Source: Eledone cirrhosa (Eukaryota). Taken from it: a stretch of 64,000 nucleotides of DNA. A program made the translations under genes and the position numbers. Where the stretch lies: positions 71,920,001-71,984,000 of the forward strand of contig OZ024741.1 in the NCBI GenBank assembly GCA_964016885.1. The letters are read 5' to 3'. This document shows, in pieces, positions 1-64,000 of the stretch (positions are counted from its first letter, which is position 1; every line of letters starts with the position of its first letter). The notes under the pieces are model-generated. The model did no database searches, was not told the DNA's origin, and was given only the letters and a program-made list of their open reading frames with translations.

Positions 1-447
1 CTAGTGCATCGCCTTTACCTTTGTAGCAGTTGACAATGATGCTACTGCACCAATCTTTTGGTATGGCCCCCTCTAGTATTACCTGGTTAACGATACGTGT
101 GGTTATAGTGTGACCTACAGACCCAGATGCCTTCAGCATCTCGGCAGCTATACCCGATGGACCGGTTGCCTTCCCTATCTTCATATCTCTGATTGCCTTA
201 CTTACTACGCTGCCGCTGACTTGTACTGCTGGTCCCTCTATAGGGTCTACGTGGGGTAGGGTCTCTTCTTCCCATGCATTCTCCTCATTTAGTAATCTAT
301 CATAATGACTCTTCCATGCATCTTTCTTCCCAGCACTTGTGAGGGCAAGCTCACCTTTATCATTCCGGATACACTTCTCTCCAATGACATCACAACTATC
401 TCTGACACACTGCCTCGCAATCTTGAATACCTCCTGTTTCTGGTCCT
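1..447 (-). mobile_element. RTE-clade LINE fragment (region N-terminal to the RT core), running off the window edge
   Basis: Minus-strand translation ...DAWKSHYDRLLNEEN...VSKAIRDMKIGKATGPSGIAAEMLKA...IPKDWCSSIIVNCYKGKGDAL, typical of non-LTR RT domain 0/1. Confidence 0.88.
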
Positions 448-498
448 CACGTTGTAAGGACCAGAAACAGGAGGTATTCAAGATTGATATATATATTC

Positions 499-546
<48 letters not shown>

Positions 547-799
547 TAATACAAAATGAAAATCAAGGTTACTATTCCAAATTCATCTTTAATTTCAACA
601 ATTGTTTTTATAGAGATAAGTGCAGTATATATATCTATATCTATCTAGGGTGGGTCAAATTCCCGAAATCCATGGACGAGTTCTCTCCAACAGTGTCTGT
701 CCTTGGAGAATCAATATATGTATGTATGTATGTATCATCATCATCATTATATATATATATATATATATCATTGTGGTTTTAACGCACACTTTTCCTGAT

Positions 800-1172
800 A
801 TCATCATCATCATCATTTTACGTCCACTTTTCCTTGCTTGCAAGAGTGGGATGGGAACCGATTCTGGCTTGATTTCTACAGCTGGATGCCCTTCCTAACA
901 CCGACCTCATTTACAGTGAGTGCTGGGTGCTTTTTTTCTGTGGCGCCTACACGTCCATTTTACAGTGTGGGCTGGGTGCTTTTTTGCCATGGCACCTCCA
1001 CAACCACTTTGCAGTGGAATGATAGGGATCCCAGTCCCTATCATCTCATTTCTACAACTGAGTAAACTGGAGCAACGTGAAATAATGTGTCTTGCTCAAG
1101 GAAACAACACATCACTCGGTCTGAGAATTGAACTCACAACCTTTCGATTGCAAGCCACTAAACCATGTGCCT
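800..1172 (-). mobile_element. tRNA-derived SINE family B (CORE/OR-like head, RTE-like tail ending in (TGA)n)
   Basis: Near-identical to copies at 8430..8760 and 30288..30625; B-box gagttcaattc; cttgagcaagacac core; (atc)n tail on +. Confidence 0.8.
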
Positions 1173-1534
1173 CCATATATATATATATAAATATATGTGA
1201 GTATAAATGGAAGAAAAAAGCAATCAACAGAATGTGGAAGTTGAGAGTATTTATATTAACAGTTTGACTAAACTCTGCATTACCAGTAGTTTCCAGATGA
1301 GAACAGGTCTATCTCATCAAATACAATGGAGAAGAGAAAAAGAAAATGGGGAATAGTGTTTGTGAGCCATGCTGTGAAGGGCCTTTATTGGTTGGTTGAG
1401 ATCATGTCACTTGATGGTGTTGATAAGTCAGCAGAAACAAATGAATAGGCAAGTGCGGGGAAGTTTTTATCTCAATGGTGACATTAATTTCGATGGAATC
1501 CAAATATATGTTATATGAATTAGTAAGAACTTAC

Positions 1535-61569
<60,035 letters not shown>

Positions 61570-61766
61570 CTGAAAAATAAACAAATAAACATATAATTTA
61601 CTGGAACAATTATATAGACATTTGATGTTCAATTAGCAGAAATAATTAAGTGTATATTAAAACAATTAGGAATATAATGAAATAATTAAGGGTTTGTTAA
61701 AATGATGAAGAACATATTAACAAAATCAAGAATGTATTTAAATAATCAAAAGTGTGTTAAAATAAT

Positions 61767-61949
61767 TGTTTCTACTTTTGGCACAAGTCCAGCAATTACC
61801 CAGTGCATTACTGGTACTTTATTTTATCGACCCCGTAAGGATGAAAGGCAAAGTTAACCTCGGCAGGATTTGAACTCAGAATGGCAAGGACCGTAACTCT
61901 ATGCATCAAAGCATGGCGTCCGACCCTCTACCGATACTGCCAATCCACC
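61767..61949 (-). mobile_element. SINE A young copy with 13-nt TSD gtgttaaaataat
   Basis: TSD at 61754..61766 and 61950..61962. Confidence 0.88.
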
Positions 61950-64000
61950 GTGTTAAAATAATGAAGGGTATATTTAGATAACTTTAGAATGTAGTCTCCT
62001 GACTTGTCTAGGAAAGTAGTAACTACAGTAACTCAGGCTGTGATGACCCATCTAACCCATGCCAACATGTAAAGCAGATGTAAAATGATGATGACAATGT
62101 TCATCATCACCATTGTTTTATGTTTGTTTTTCCATGCTTGCAGGGGTTGAATGGGATTTTTCCAGCACAGCATTCCTCCACTCATTGTGGTCCTCTATTC
62201 ATCTTTGTAAGCTTCAGTGATTTGAGATCAGCTCTCACAACCTCTGTTCAAATCTTTGGTCTCCCTCTACTGTAGCTTCCTTCCACTAGGATTTGTTAAT
62301 ACTTTTTCACCTAACAATCATCATCCATACACATCATATGTCGACACCATCGTCACACTACACCTGATTCCTCTTATACGCAGCTTTTCTCTTGATGGAT
62401 ATGTTAAAATAGTTATGGGTAATTTTTTTTTCTGTTAGGTCAGTTCCTGGATCATGAGACTGTTGAGTGAGAGGAAGATATCTTCAAACCTGGCCTGAAT
62501 ACTTGTAATATAATGGAGTTTGCTGAGAGATCCCAAGAGCCAGGTGTTGGTGGTGGAGTTAAGCCATGTGACAGAATGTCTAACATACATATGGGCCATA
62601 GATGGATTTGATCCCAGAATGCTTTGAACTAGGACCAATACTGCAAGGCATCTCATTTGACATTTTAATAATTCTGCCAATCCACTATTCTATGTTGGTA
62701 CTTTATTTTATCATCCCTGAAAAGATGAAAGGCAAAAGTCGACCTCAGTGTTATTTGAACTCAGAACACACAGAGCCACAACAAATACCGCAAGGCATTT
62801 TGTCTCACACTAACAACTGCTAATTCACTGCCCCATGTTAAAATGATTAAACTTAGTTATGTGGTTAAGACATTTACTTTGTGACCACATGGTTCCATGT
62901 CAAATCCCACTGTGTAAAACATTCAGGAAGTGACTTCTGCTATAGCCCTGTGTCGACCATTATCGTATGAGTGAAATATGGTAGATAGGAACCATGCAGA
63001 AGCCCTTTGTGTGTATATATATATACACACACACACACACATTATATATATATATATATATAACTGAAAAGTGTGTGATGTGTGTTTAGAAAGCGCTACA
63101 AAGTAAGTAGGTTAGATTACCAAGTTGGAAGGGAATTGAGAAAGTAGAAAGTAAAAGTGGGAGAAGAAGGAAAAATAAAAGAAAAAGAAATGGAAGAATG
63201 ACTGAAAGTTACTATAGCAATTTATTATTCCCAAAATTTTTCAGATAAACTATCCATTATATATATATATATTATACATACAGGATGGGTCATATTTAGC
63301 TTACGAGCTTATTTATTCCAAGACAATTCATGTAAGGTTATAGTTACATTAAATGTTCAAAGTGTTGCCTATTTGAAGCATGCCACTATTTTGTTTCTCT
63401 AATAACCAGTAACCTAATTATAGCCCACTCTGAATATATATATATATATAGTGGAATAATCCACTATTATTTTTGGTAAGTGCATTAAGCTCGATGCGTT
63501 ATTAAAGTCGATAGCATGCAGGGATCCAAGTGAAAGGTGTACTACAAAGGGTTAAGATACTTAAGACAGTGAAAGCCACAGAGCATAAATAATTAATAGA
63601 AAATGAAAACCAAAGTTGTTATTCAAATTACATCTTTAATTTCAACAATTGTTTCTATGGAGATAAATGTAATGGCAGTACATAGGATCAATCAATTAAT
63701 CAGTCAAACAACTATAATTCGGTGTGAATAAAATATTTAGATGAATTTAAGCAGTGCATTTAATGCTGATGTTTACACATAATTTAAAATATTACAATTC
63801 TAAATATTCACTGTTATTTCAAATCAGTACAACTTTATAGAAATATGCTTCTCTACCCTACACACACATCATCATCATTGTTTTTATGTCTGCTTTTCCA
63901 CTCGTGCATATATATAACAAGGGGAAAAGTTCAGGTGTAGAAAGCAATTTGAAAATGTAAGACATGGATGTTTTTTTCTTCCTGAAACCAATCTTTTTGT

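Noticed and set aside
920-1267. Recurrent ORFs 'MPFLTPTSFTVSAGCFF...LRIELTTFRLQ' (also 8423, 30387)
   Set aside because: Antisense translations of SINE B copies.

Overview
This is AT-rich, microsatellite- and SINE-dense animal genomic DNA; the repeat landscape suggests a coleoid cephalopod, most likely octopus (inference). The whole window lies inside one minus-strand gene for an adhesion GPCR of group A (ADGRA2/ADGRA3, GPR124/GPR125-like). I read 11 internal exons by hand, all GT-AG and phase-compatible, totalling 1784 nt: four 72-nt LRR exons, LRRCT, Ig+HRM, and GAIN up to the start of the GPS motif. The first exon and the 7TM exons lie outside the window. The introns hold RTE, CRE-like and R4/Dong-like LINE fragments, Tc1/mariner remnants, TTAA-flanked piggyBac-type MITEs, two tRNA-derived SINE families and several minisatellites. 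Two structures stand out. First, a 267-nt, ~95% identical inverted copy of the exon-9 acceptor and coding sequence sits two introns upstream; it could fold the pre-mRNA into a long dsRNA (ADAR substrate or in-frame double exon-skipping switch). Second, a ~2.3-kb element is bounded by 134-nt inverted repeats, each carrying a minimal type-I hammerhead ribozyme (Penelope-like or retrozyme-like). Exon numbering is local to this window. All coordinates and identities were counted by eye and need computational confirmation.
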